41,935 bases of DNA, from contig JAZDJU010000075.1 of NCBI GenBank assembly GCA_043803685.1, forward strand, positions 1 to 41,935, given 5' to 3'. Both the position numbers and the translations under genes were made by a program. Positions 19,010 to 33,200 of this stretch are shown piece by piece. The notes below the pieces were generated by a model. The model searched no databases. It was not told the DNA's origin and saw only the letters and a program-made list of their open reading frames with translations. Position 1 is the stretch's first letter, and the number at the start of each line of letters is the position of its first letter. The DNA is from Candidatus Omnitrophota bacterium. GTDB taxonomy: Bacteria; Omnitrophota; Omnitrophia; Omnitrophales; Aquincolibacteriaceae.

Positions 19010-19046
19010 CGATACTATTGTATCGGCATTCGCAGGCTCTTCTCAA
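19010..19046 (-). promoter_or_regulatory. Putative gspE promoter with an overlapping palindrome
   Basis: Minus-strand TTGAGA-N18-TACAAT (19046-19017); inverted repeat CGATAC-TATT-GTATCG (19010-19025) overlaps the -10 box. Confidence 0.4.
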
Positions 19047-19157
19047 GTCACATCCGACTGTAGGAACGCCGCAACACAGACACTGGGAATACAACTAGGG
19101 GGGGGGGCCAGCAACTCCCTGCCATATCAAACTAGAAAACTCGAGGAAAGAACCATC

Positions 19158-21501
<2,344 letters not shown>

Positions 21502-21519
21502 GGGCCCTTCGCAATGAGT

Positions 21520-23064
21520 TTAAACCTGGATCTGACTGAAATATTCTTTGAGCTTTTGTTCGATTTTTCCCTTCATTTCCCACGTCAGTTTTTTTTCTTT
21601 CCTCAGAGATTGAACGAGCTCCGGCGCCTTGGAAACGGCGAACGGAAAAAACTCCGTTTTGAATTTTTTGATCAGTTCCGGCGTCAGAGAATCCAGGAGC
21701 CCTCTATTCAACGCAAAGAGGATAAAGATCTCTCCCTCCACGGTTTGAGGCACATGCCGGTCTTGACTTAAAACCGACGTGAGAGCCGCCCCCCGCTTCA
21801 AACCGGCCTCCGCTTCCCTCGAAAGACCGGAAGTCCGGATCTGGGACATCTGAAGAAGTTCCTGATAATGGAGGTAGGAGATACGGAGGCTCTTGCTGAC
21901 TTCGCGCATGGCGGGCCATTGGGCCTTGCTGCCGATACGGGAAACGGAAAGACCGAAATCGACCGCGGGGCGGACCCCTTTATTGAACAGCCCCGCATTG
22001 AAATAGATCTGTCCGTCAGTCATAGAAATAAGATTCGTGGAAATATACCCGGTCACGTCCCCTTGAAGGATCTCGACGATAGGCAGAAAGGTCATCGATC
22101 CCCCTTTGAGCTCCGGTTTCATACAACCCGCACGTTCCACGAGCTGGGAGTGACTGTAGAAGATGTCCCCGGGATAAGCTTCACGTCCAGGAGCTCTTTC
22201 CAAAAGGAGCGAGATCTGCCGGTAGACCCAGGCGTGCTTGGAAAGATCGTCAAAAACGACCAACACATCGCGCCCCGCCTGCATGAAATATTCCCCCAAC
22301 ATGGCTGCCGTATAAGGCGCGAGATACTGTTCCGCCACAGGTGAGGGAGCGATCCCGCTCACGACGATCGTGTAAGGCAGCGCTCCTTGTTCGTTCAGAC
22401 GTTGAACCACGCGCAAAAGACTGGCATAAGGCTTCCCGATACAGCAATAAATGCAGATGACGCCCGTATTTTTTTGATTCAGGATCGCATCGACAGCAAC
22501 CGTTGTTTTTCCCGTCAACCGGTCACCGATCAGAAGCTGCCTTTGCCCCAACCCGACAGGAATACCTCCATCGATCGCCATGGTCCCGGTCTCAAGTGTT
22601 TTCTCGACCGGTGAACGGTCCATAATACCGGGGGCTTCGAAAAACACCGGGAACTGGGCGTCGGCCTTGATCGGCCCCTTCTCATCGACCGGTTCACAGA
22701 TCCCGTTGACGATCCGTCCCAAGAATCCCTCTCCCACAGGAAGGGAAAGCGGCTCCGCACGGTTGTAGATCTTGTCCCCGTTCCGTATTTCCCCGCCCAT
22801 ACTGATCACGAGGATCTGGACATAATCTTCCTTGAATCCCATCACGACGCCACGGGAACCGTTCTCAAAATCGACGATCTGTCCGTTGACACAGGAAGGG
22901 ATCCCACTCGCGAAGACAATAAACTTGCGCACGGATTCGACGATCCCGATCTCATGGATCTCGACCTGGGAATGCGCTGCAAGATCAGTGTTTTTCGCAG
23001 GATCAGTAATTTTTTCAGAATCAGTGATCTTTGAAGGATCAGTGATTTTTTCTGAATTTTTCAT
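21520..23064 (-). CDS. atpA: F1-type ATPase alpha subunit (atypical paralog)
   Basis: GQRQLLIGDRLTGKT, DDLSKHA, PGREAYPGDIFY, GGSMTFLP, TNLISMTDGQI, RPAVDFGLSVSRIG. Likely start MKNSEK at 23064 (ORF track 23094). Confidence 0.95.
   Translation of the reverse strand: MKNSEKITDPSKITDSEKITDPAKNTDLAAHSQVEIHEIGIVESVRKFIVFASGIPSCVNGQIVDFENGSRGVVMGFKEDYVQILVISMGGEIRNGDKIYNRAEPLSLPVGEGFLGRIVNGICEPVDEKGPIKADAQFPVFFEAPGIMDRSPVEKTLETGTMAIDGGIPVGLGQRQLLIGDRLTGKTTVAVDAILNQKNTGVICIYCCIGKPYASLLRVVQRLNEQGALPYTIVVSGIAPSPVAEQYLAPYTAAMLGEYFMQAGRDVLVVFDDLSKHAWVYRQISLLLERAPGREAYPGDIFYSHSQLVERAGCMKPELKGGSMTFLPIVEILQGDVTGYISTNLISMTDGQIYFNAGLFNKGVRPAVDFGLSVSRIGSKAQWPAMREVSKSLRISYLHYQELLQMSQIRTSGLSREAEAGLKRGAALTSVLSQDRHVPQTVEGEIFILFALNRGLLDSLTPELIKKFKTEFFPFAVSKAPELVQSLRKEKKLTWEMKGKIEQKLKEYFSQIQV
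22983..23054. repeat. 4 x 18 bp tandem repeat at the atpF/atpA overlap
   Basis: gatcagtgtttttcgcag / gatcagtaattttttcag / aatcagtgatctttgaag / gatcagtgattttttctg, encoding SEKITD-PSKITD-SEKITD-PAKNTD. Confidence 0.85.
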
Positions 23065-23773
23065 TTCGAAGTGTCTCTTTAAGTTTCCAGGCAAGACTGC
23101 TATCGATCACGACTGAGCCGAGGGACAAGTAAAAGCCCAGGATCAATGTCTCATCGACCTTTTCGCTGATCTCCACCGACCGGCCAATCTTTGCGTGAAG
23201 CTTTCCTATCAAAGTTCTTTTGTGAACCTCCGAAAGCGGTGCCGCTGAAACGATCTCAACCCGGTTCACATCCTCCGGAATATTGAGCTGGCTCAAACCA
23301 TTAAAGTCCGACTCCAAAGATTCCCGAACCCATTCCGACTGCAACGATTGATGGACCTTCTCCGGCAAACTAGTCTTCAAGACCTGAAAGGTGACTTCGC
23401 GCGCTTTGCCGGTCAGCTCCTGGTTCCAGTTCTCTTCAAGAAGTTTACTGGCCGACCGTGCCCGTTCCATGATCATCTCACTTTCCTTACGAGCGCGCTC
23501 GAGATGGCCTTGTTTTTCCTTCACCCCCTCATCGATCAGTTGTTGGCGGACCTTTTCGGCGTCGGACTTGACCTTGGCGAATGTTTCGTCGTAATAGGCG
23601 TCCGCCTCCTTAACCCTCTTCTTGGCCTCCGTGAGACGGTTCTCGGATTCCTTGGTCAACGTTTCCAGACGCGAAGAAGCCTCGCTAAAATGACGCCGAA
23701 TAACCCCTTTAAGGATCAGGATCAATACTCCAAAAATAGTGATCTGGATGGTGAGTAAAAGCAGAACAGTCAT
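23039..23773 (-). CDS. atpF: F0 subunit b fused to a delta/OSCP-like C-terminal domain
   Basis: N-terminal TM, b-type coiled coil, and C-terminal VEIVSAAPLS...IGRSVEISEKVDETLILG...GSVVIDSSL typical of delta. Confidence 0.82.
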   Translation of the reverse strand: MTVLLLLTIQITIFGVLILILKGVIRRHFSEASSRLETLTKESENRLTEAKKRVKEADAYYDETFAKVKSDAEKVRQQLIDEGVKEKQGHLERARKESEMIMERARSASKLLEENWNQELTGKAREVTFQVLKTSLPEKVHQSLQSEWVRESLESDFNGLSQLNIPEDVNRVEIVSAAPLSEVHKRTLIGKLHAKIGRSVEISEKVDETLILGFYLSLGSVVIDSSLAWKLKETLRNEKFRKNH

Positions 23774-23791
23774 TTGGCCTCTCTCAATCGG

Positions 23792-24019
23792 TTAAACAGG
23801 CGCATAAAGCTGGAAAAGCACCAACAAAGCGATCACGGAAATAGCGGCTCCGAATACGAGCAAAATGATCATCGCGGTAAAGATCTTGGGGGCTGCGGAG
23901 GGATTCCGGCCTAATGCCTGAATACTCGCATGCCCTCCGGCCGCAATGATCAGGGACGGTCCCAGAACAGCGATCGCAAAAATAAAAACCACCTCTAAGC
24001 CGTGTTCAATGCCGCCCAC
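23792..24019 (-). CDS. atpE: F0 subunit c-like proteolipid lacking the conserved carboxylate
   Basis: 75 aa helical hairpin with a GRNP loop; GTG start with GGAG RBS; Ala at the Asp61/Glu-equivalent position. Confidence 0.85.
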   Translation of the reverse strand: MGGIEHGLEVVFIFAIAVLGPSLIIAAGGHASIQALGRNPSAAPKIFTAMIILLVFGAAISVIALLVLFQLYAPV

Positions 24020-24266
24020 TTTTTCTCCGTTCGATAATGGCCAAGACCCGGTTAGAAAGCACCCGGACCACTCCCTGTGAAATGAGGATCTCTTGGTTGT
24101 CCACGATAATCGTACCAGAACGTAATCGACTAAGCAAAGGCTTGTGGTTCACAAGGATCTCAAAAGTGCCGCTCTTTCCTGGGAATATGACTCGCTGGGC
24201 CTTCCCTTCGAACACGACGCCCCCGGGACCGACGATGGAAAGATCAAAAGAATGCGCGAGAGCCAT
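24006..24266 (-). CDS. atpC: F1 epsilon subunit, N-terminal beta-sandwich only
   Basis: LSIVGPGGVVFEG...PGKSGTFEILVNHKPLLSRL...G...ISQGVVRV; 86 aa. Confidence 0.85.
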   Translation of the reverse strand: MALAHSFDLSIVGPGGVVFEGKAQRVIFPGKSGTFEILVNHKPLLSRLRSGTIIVDNQEILISQGVVRVLSNRVLAIIERRKSGRH

Positions 24267-27200
24267 TATTTCGCGTTAGGCGGTTTCTGTCCGGAGTCGC
24301 CATCAGACCCGGAAGGCTTTGTCCCGTCCTTGTCCTCTGGGAACTCATGTGTTTCTTTCACCTGGGACTGCCAAGTGAAAAAGAACACAACCCCCAAAAG
24401 ACCGATAAAGACCAGAATGGCAAAAATAATGAACCAAGTTGTTGCCCGGGAGGGTGTTTTGAGATTAAGTTTACTTTCAGCCAAAAGCTCAGGCGCCGGA
24501 GGTGCCCCGACCGCCACAAGCATTTTCTCAAGCTTGGCAATATCCGCCTTGACATTGTCGATCACAATGAGATTGGCCCTGTAAAGTCCGATATGGAGCT
24601 CTTTATTGACAGATTCATCCGCCTGCGACGTGGCCACGCGGTCGAGTCTGCCGAAGATCGTATCCGCGATGAGCTTCGCTTGGTCAAAATACGGCGTCCC
24701 CTCGATACGCTTCATGATCTTTTCCGTCTGAGTCCTCAACCCGTTAAGCGTTTCATCCGGGATAAACCAGATATCCTTCAATTCCACTTCGAACACCCGG
24801 GTCTCCTTGGGCGCCAACAGGACCTTGTCTTTATAGACGAAATACACGGCCTTCTTTTCGTCATATCCGAAATCGAGATCCCCCTTGTCCATCACATCGT
24901 CAGGTTTTGTTTCCTGAGGCAGATAAACCTTGACCGGAACTTCCTGAGTCTTCTTTTCGGAAGGATTCGCGACTATCACTCGAATGACCACGCTCCCCGA
25001 CGTATAAGACACGAGCACGAGCGGTTCCTCGGACCCGCCCAGTTTCGCCTCGATGGTCTTTTGAACGATATCCACCCCGTCGCGGATCGCATCTGATTTC
25101 TTTCTCAGATCCTTGATCGAAGGAGCACTACTAATAGCTTGCGACATGAGTTGCGAAATATCGTAACCTTGATCTCCCGCCAGAGTGGTCAGTTGAGTCG
25201 AGATCGCGTTCACCGAATTTTTCACATCGCCCATCGTCCCGTCTTTTTTCATCAGATCCACGAATTTACCTGGAAGGTCCTCGATGACGGTTTTGAGCTT
25301 ATAGATCTGGTCCTTGACCCCGTCCACATCAGCGCCGCCCTTGGCCATGGCAGCCTCGATCCCTTTGACGATATCCAGGGCCTTCTTGGCCGCCTCTTCT
25401 GCGCCAGGCGCCGAGGCCACCAAGCCCGCGATCGTGGTCAATGAAGTCGATTCCACGAAACCGGAACCCGCCACAAGACCTCCGGTCGTATCTTCACTGA
25501 CAATGAAGGTGTACGCCTTTCCTGCCTGAAAGGTGCCAGGATCCGCCTTGAAGGTAAAGGAGTAATTCCCGGGATTCGATTTAGTCTCCACTAGGGCACC
25601 GCTTGCCACGACGACCTTATTGGCGAAATTATAAATACTCAAGACGGGGAAAAGTCCAGGAAGACCCTGGGCCGCGATCGTCACGGTATCGCCTGCAAGG
25701 GCCGGATTAGGCGTAGAGCTTGTTTTCCAGGAAAATCTTTCAGCGGTCGCTTTCAGCTGTTCGCCGGCCTCTTGACTCGCTTTGGCGCCTTCCTCCAGGG
25801 CTACGAGTGATTCTTGAACGCTCTCCGTAAAATCGTTCACGGCCGTCTGAATCAGATTGGTCTGATTGGCCATTTCCTCTTGAATGGTCTCTGTTTGTTC
25901 CGCCAGAGTCTCCTGGATCACCTGGGTCTGATTCGCCAATGTCTGATTCAGTTCCTCAGCGACCTCCGACATCGGCTTATCTAGCACCCGGTGGACCTCA
26001 TCAAGCACCTCCTGAAGTTTCGACGGGGTCGTGATCTCAAACGAATTCGGAGTCTGATACCAGACATTGTTAGGCACCTGGCTCGCGATCTGCGTCTGAG
26101 CCTTCACCACATAGGTGAGCCCGGCCTGCAGTTTGTAGGCTCCGTTCGGATCGCTCACCGCGGTCAGCGTGGCGCCGAACATCCCCGTATCCGTCCCGAT
26201 CTTGGCAAGGTCGATCGGACCGCCTGTCACAAGGTCCACGCCTTTGTAGATATACATGCGGGCATTCACGGTACCGGTCATGAGACTTCCGTCGCGAGAC
26301 AACCACACGACGACATCCAACCGGTCACTCACAGGATCATAAGTGTACCGGCTTTCGGAAATATAAATGTGCACTGCCGTCGTTTCCATCAGGAGTAAAT
26401 AAGTCGGATCCAGTGCGAGCGGCGGATCTTGCAGCGGGTTATTCTTGCTCAGAGAAGCCAACTGGAGCATATCGCCGTAGCCCGTTTTAGACCATGTTGC
26501 GGCCCAAACGCCCGCCGGCGTCGGTTGAATGCGGGTGTAGCCATCCGGATCCGGTTGTGCGGCAGCAAGTCCCGACTCCTGCCAGATACCAAGGTTAGGA
26601 TCTGTCGATTTGACCTCGCTCACAGTCAGATCGCTCATGAGATTGTAAGTTCCAAGATCGCGGATGACCCATTTGACCTGATAATAATCGATCTTAAACG
26701 AGTTGTCCGAAACGTCCGTAACCTCAGCATCATTAATGTCACTGATACGAACCTTCATGAGATTCGGCCCCACATATTTCCCGCCTTGATCCTTCAACAC
26801 CGCATCAGGGATCTCCCAGTAATAGGACCCCGTACACGGAACCCCGGGACCGGAAGGCGTGCAATTCGGCGCACTCGCGTCGATCAGATGGATATCGCTT
26901 CCAAAGTCATCGCTGGAATATTCCAGCTTAACGTTCGGGATGGTCCCGTTCGCCGTCCATGTAATATTCTGACCCTCTCCTGTCGCAAAAATCGAAGTGA
27001 CCCAACGTTCGGCAAGATCAATGTTCGCGTTGCCATTCGGTGAAGTCACCACAAAATCGCCACGGATCTTGAACGTGGCATTCGAAACATCATACACACC
27101 AACGTTCGTGGCATCCGCGATCTTCACCCTCACTGTCGGAGAAATATCATCCGGAACACTCCAGGCATATTGACGTTGGATGGTATTGTTGGCGCCATTC

Positions 27201-30200
27201 TGTTGCAATCCATCACCGCTGTAATCCTTCACCGTCCCGGAATCGATCTCAGTCCAATTGACGGTTTCGGGGTCCCCAACTTCCTTGGTATAGTAGAGTT
27301 TGACCACGGGGATCGAACCGCCCCACGTCCAGACGATATTGCGGGATTCATTCACCCTCCAGTCCTGTCCTCCGTTCGGGGTCACGACCGTCAGGTTACC
27401 GACGATCTGGAAAGCGTCCGAGATCCCCAACACATCACTTTCCTCACTCCGGGCATCCGTGATACGAACCCGGGCCTGTGCTGCCGGAGTATCCGGAATA
27501 TTATTCCATACGAAAGAACCCACGCAAGTCAAGGCAGGAGCCGAAGGAGTGCAATTCGGAGTACTCGCCGAGATCTCGTTCGGGAATCCGCCTGTTCCGT
27601 TGGCCGTGTCGTAATGGAGCTTCACGTTCGGCATCGTACCGTATGAGGTCCACTGGAGCGTAAAACTCTGCCCGATGGGCAATTTATCAGTGCTACTGGG
27701 CAGGGTCGAAACCAGTTTGCCCCGCACCCTGAAACTGGTATCGGAAATATCAAAGCCCTCGTCGGTCGTGCTCCGGACACGAACACGAACATTCGTCCCG
27801 ATCGCGTTCGGGATCGTCCAGCTGTAAGTATTCCCGAAATCGCTCCCGTTGTCGTAAGCGTTGTCGATCACGACAGGACTTGCAAAATCAACGCCCGCGG
27901 TCCCATAAGATAATCCCACGGTCTCTACGCGCCCTTTATTGGTCCAGGCGATCGTGAAAGGATCTCCAACTTCGTAGGTGGCTCCCCCGTTCGGAGCGCT
28001 CACAACGAAATCGGAAACGATCTGCAGATTAAAATCAGAGCTATCCGTCGCCACGCTGTCTGAGGCATCCATCACACGGATCTTCACCTGGTTGGAAATG
28101 TCATCCGGAACACCCCCGTTCGCCGTCACCCAATTATAGGACCCGTCATTTTCCGTCGTCGTGATCGCCTTGTCATACGGCGCGCCGCCGGTAGTCGTAT
28201 AGGCAAGCATCACCTGGGGCGTCTTGAGCTGCGCCGAGGAGCTGGTCCAAGTGATCGTGTAAGGAGTTCCAACCTTAAGCTTGTCCGTTAAAGCGCTATT
28301 CGCGTTCCCGTTGGGGAACGTGATCCTGAACTTCGGAATGATACTGAACACATTGGAGATCGCTTCCGCGTCAAGATCATTCGGGTCGGCGACTTTAAGT
28401 TTCACGCCAACGTCTTTATTGTCTTCAATATCAGGCACGACCCAGGAGTAACAACCCATCGTCGGATTGCTGGTGCAGCTATCCGTATTCGGCACGATCC
28501 CATCGGCGGTCGGTTCGATCATGCGCGTATCAGAAAAGAAGTTGTCCGGTGAATACGTCAACTTGACGTTCGGGATGTTGCCCTGTTTGGTCCAGAAGAT
28601 GTTATAGGTTTCCCCGATCTCGACCGGCACGGAACCGATGTTGGGATCCATGGTGAATGTCGCGCGAATAATAAAGGACGTGGCCGACGTATTGGCTGTA
28701 TCGATATCATTCAGATCGGAGATCCGGATCTTCGCGGTCGGCGACACGTGATCCACGCTTACCGCCCAAGGGTGACTTCCGTCATTGGCCGTATTGGCCG
28801 CGATCAACTTGTCAAAGGTCGGCTCCGCGTCGTCCCCGTTCAGCGCAAGATCGATACGGACGTTATTGACGCCCGTCCCCCATTTGTTCCAGGTGATCGT
28901 GGTGGTCGGTCCCGCCATGACCGTTTCACCGCCATCCGGCGCGGTCACGTCGAAACGCGCCATGATCTTGAAATTTGCCGGCGAATTCCGCATCACGGAA
29001 GGTCCGTCCACGTTCTGGATCTGGATACGAGAATTCGGGCTGAGATTGTCGGGGATTGTCCAGGCAAAGAGCCCTGTATTGGAAACATAGTAATCCCCGC
29101 GCAAGGGATTCAGGATCGGCACCCAGGGACCAGTCGTTCCATCCGTAGAATAGAACAGATAGACCATGTTCTTCTTCACAAGATCGTTGGACCAATCGGT
29201 ACCGTTCTTCAACCAGGTGATGTTCTTGATCGAATTCACGCCCCATTTGTCAGCCGCTCCCGCAGGTGCGGTAATCTGGAAATCCCCCGCGATCGAGAAG
29301 GCTGGCGACGTCAGATTGGTCTCATTATCGGCGGAGTCTTCGATCAGGATCTTTACGGAAGAAGAGATCGCGTCAGGAACGGTCCAAGCGTACGAACCTC
29401 CGCTCCCTCCATCTGCGATCGGCCCTCCCGTATTGATCAGGGTCCAAGGGGCAGCGCCGGTCTTGGAGTAGCGCAGATTCACGCTTGGCACCAACCCCTG
29501 CGTCGCCCAAACAATGTTCCTCGTGGGATTGGCGATACCCCCCTCTGTCACATACCAGGTATCACCGTTGGCCGGCGCGGTGAACGAGAAACTACCCACG
29601 ATCTTGAACGCATCCGTCACGGCTGGCGTAGCTCCGCTATCGGTAATGAGATCGCTTATCCGGATCTTGGCGGTCGGCGTCACAAAAGCCGGGATCAGCC
29701 AGCTCTTCGTTCCGACCGAACCTACGATCGACGCGCTGATCGGCGGATCGATCCAGGTCGCCCCGTCATTGATCGAGTATTCGATCTTCAGATTCGAGAT
29801 CGAGCCGTCCATATGCCATGTAATGTTCTTGGTATCCCCCACACCCCATCGCTGAGTGCTGTCGGGTTGATCGATATAGATCTTCCCTGCGACCCTGACC
29901 TTCACGGTCCTGGTCACAGCATCCGGGTCCGTCGAATCCTTGATCTTCAGGAATACATTCTTGGAGATCGTATCCGGAACGATCCAGTTGAACGTATTCT
30001 CGTTCAGAACCGCGGTCGCCGGGGTCACCGGATTATTATTGACTAGCATCGGATTATAAGAGAAATCATTATTGGTCGAGTACTGAAGATCGATATTCGG
30101 GATCGTTCCGAATGTAGACCACCTCAAAACACCCGTGCTCCCGACTTCAAAAACCTGATCCGTCGTCACGGGGTCGATCCACGAAAAACCGCCGCGAACC

Positions 30201-33200
30201 GTGAAAAAGGGCGTCACCGTGAACACGTTCGTCGGATCGCTCAGATTCGTGATCTTGATACGTGTTTTGTTAAGCGATTTTCTGTCCGGAATGCGCCAAC
30301 TAAAACTTGTACCTGCAACGCTGGACGCGGAAGTGCCAGAGGCGTTCTTGATATAGTTCGGATCCCCCGTCGCAGGGTCCGTGAAATCAAAGGCATCCGC
30401 GGGATCGGAATCGTATTCGACCTTGACCGCCGGCATGGAGCCATGCTTCGTCCACTGAACGGTTTGATCGTCCGTGATCAGGAAGATCTCGCCCCCGACC
30501 GGGAAATCAATATCGATCGCGCCCCGGATCTCAAAAACGGCGTCCGAAACGTCACTGCTCGTGAATACCGTGGTGCCATTATAGAGCGGATCGGAAATGC
30601 GAATCTTGACGTTCTTTCCAATCGCGTTCGGAACAGGATCCCAGGAATAGCTACCATCGCTCCCGGGCACTGTAATAATCGGGAAAACTTCATCTTCGTT
30701 CGAAAATCCATTCGTGGAATACTCGAGCTTGGCGTTCGCGATCGCTCCGTGACGCTCCCAGGTGATCGGTGTCGACCCATCGACTTCGAAATACTGATTG
30801 GCCGCGCCGTTGGGCGTCAAAATTTTATAACCGCCCACGATTTTGAACACGGGTGAAGCCGTGACATCCGCTTGTCCCACGGTGTTCGTACTGATCCTGA
30901 TCTTGACGTTATTGCTGATATTGGTCGGGATCTTCCAGGTAAAGGACTGGGGAACTTCATGAACTCCGGCGGCAAGATTCGCGGCCGATTCTCCCCCGGG
31001 ACCTGTGACAGGCATAGGCGTCACGAAATCATCGGTGGAATACTCCAGTTTGATCGTCCCCATGGTTCCGTACGGCGTCCACTGGATCGCATGGGACGAG
31101 TCAACTTCCCATTGATCGGTCACGATGGGCGACGTGATCATGAATTGCCCGCGAAGATCGATCGGACCCGACACGGCCATAATGGTTGGCTTATCTGCGT
31201 TCATGTTCACCGCGCGGATCCAGACACTGGGGTCGATCGGATTCGTGCCAGAAAGGTCGCTCGGGATCACCCACGGATAAGTGGTCCCGCCAAGATTAGT
31301 ATCGATATCGATGAATCCCGTCGTATCACTGGTCTTGGAATATTGCAGTTTAATAAGTGGGACCGTACCCGTCTTTGCCCAAGTGATCGTCTTGGTCTCT
31401 CCGACATACCAGGTCCCGTCTCCGGCTTCAGGTAGCGCGGGGTTGAACGCCAACTGACCCTGGATCGTGAAATCATAATCGGAACTTTCATAATTAGTCG
31501 TGTCGGACTCGTAGACGACGCGAACACGAACTTCATCGGAAATACTGTCCGGAACCGCCCAGTCCCAGCTCTTCACAAGCGGCGTGTCGATATACCCGGA
31601 GGAATCAAGGCTGACGGCCCCCGGAATATCCGTGTAGGCTCCGCCATCGACCGAGTATTGCAATTTAACCGTGGTCACTGTTCCGGCGACTGACCAGCTG
31701 ATCGGCGTCTTGTTCGTACAGGGATCAGGACACACCGTTAACTTGTCTGTAAGCCCGGGGTCCGCATTCCCGTTGGGTGAGAGGATCCTGAAATTTGGCC
31801 GGATCTTGAAAGTCTCTGCAGACTCGTTCCAGTTATCCGTGTCGGCGATGTCGATCACGCGCACCTTCACGGTATTGGAAATAGAATTCGGGATCGTCCA
31901 TGCTTTCACACCCCCGTTCAAGATATTCTCGGCCCCAATCACGTCCTGCCAGTTCCCGGTCTCCCCGCCACCGTTGGTGGAATATTCCAGTTTAACGCGC
32001 AGCGTGGTCCCGTCCGTGGTCCACACCACGTCTTCGGATTCGCCAACGGCCCAGACCTCCCCATTATCAGGGCTGGTGATATTCAGGGTGGACTGGATCG
32101 CGATCGGTGCGGAGAAACTCACGGTTTCGGGATCCGTGTAATCCGAGATCCTCACGACGATGTTCGAAGACGTTGTGTTGGGAACATTGCTCCACAGAAA
32201 CTGTTTGTTCACGGCAGGCGTCTGGTCCTTGATCTGATTGTTGAAAGCGCCTCCGCCGATCGAATACCAGATCGTCACATCCGCGAACGACCCGGTCTTG
32301 TCCCACTGGATCAGGTAATTCTGTCCCTTCTTGAGCATGATCTTTTCGGCTGGCGGTGCCTCCGGAGGCGCCGTCAGGACAACAGAACCCACGATCTTGA
32401 AGGTGTCCGGCGACAGGCCAAAAACAACTTCGCCCGTACTGGCTTTATCCACCACCTTGATCTTGGCTGTCGGCGTAATGGTATCGGCCACGTCGTTCCA
32501 ATCGACCCCCGCAATACCCTCCGTGACCACGACATCGGAGGCGATCGTATGAGGATATCCATCTGTTCCGTTATTCTCGGAATAAACGATATCGACCAAC
32601 TGGGTCTTGGTACCCGTTACTGAGAACTTGATCAAATCCGGATTATCGGAGCCGACCTTCACACGGGTTCCGCTGACGGGAGTGGTCACCGTGATCTGGG
32701 GACGGATCTTGAAGGGCGCCGCCGAAACGTTCACGATCTCGGGGAACGCCACATCCTGGATACAAATATAGGCGGTTTCCGTCCGTTCATCGGCGATATT
32801 CGGCCAAACATAAGTGTTCGACCCACTTGCATGACCTGCGTCACCCGACACGATATTCGTATAATTACAAGCTCCGGCAAAGGAAGTTTTATAACCAATA
32901 TTCACATTCGTGATGGTCCCTGAAGCATCCCAGGTAATGTTCTTGTTCGTTTCTCCCACATACCAGATCTGTCCGGATTCAGGCGCCGTGATATCAAGAG
33001 CCCCAACGATCTTGAAGGGATTCGTCGAAACATATTGAACATCGGCCTGCGTACCCGTCCCACGGATCCTGACCTTGGCTGCGGCGCTGATCTGGTCTTC
33101 GATCTCAAAATTGGCTTCACCATTGCAGGTGATCTGACCTACCTGCGGAGTGCAGTTGGTGACGATCGTATCCGGTTTGACGACAAAAACGTCCCCCGCG

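Noticed and set aside
22983..23054. Short repeats here and the CTAG elements as a CRISPR array
   Set aside because: No spacers, the repeats are in-frame coding or dispersed, and there are no cas genes.
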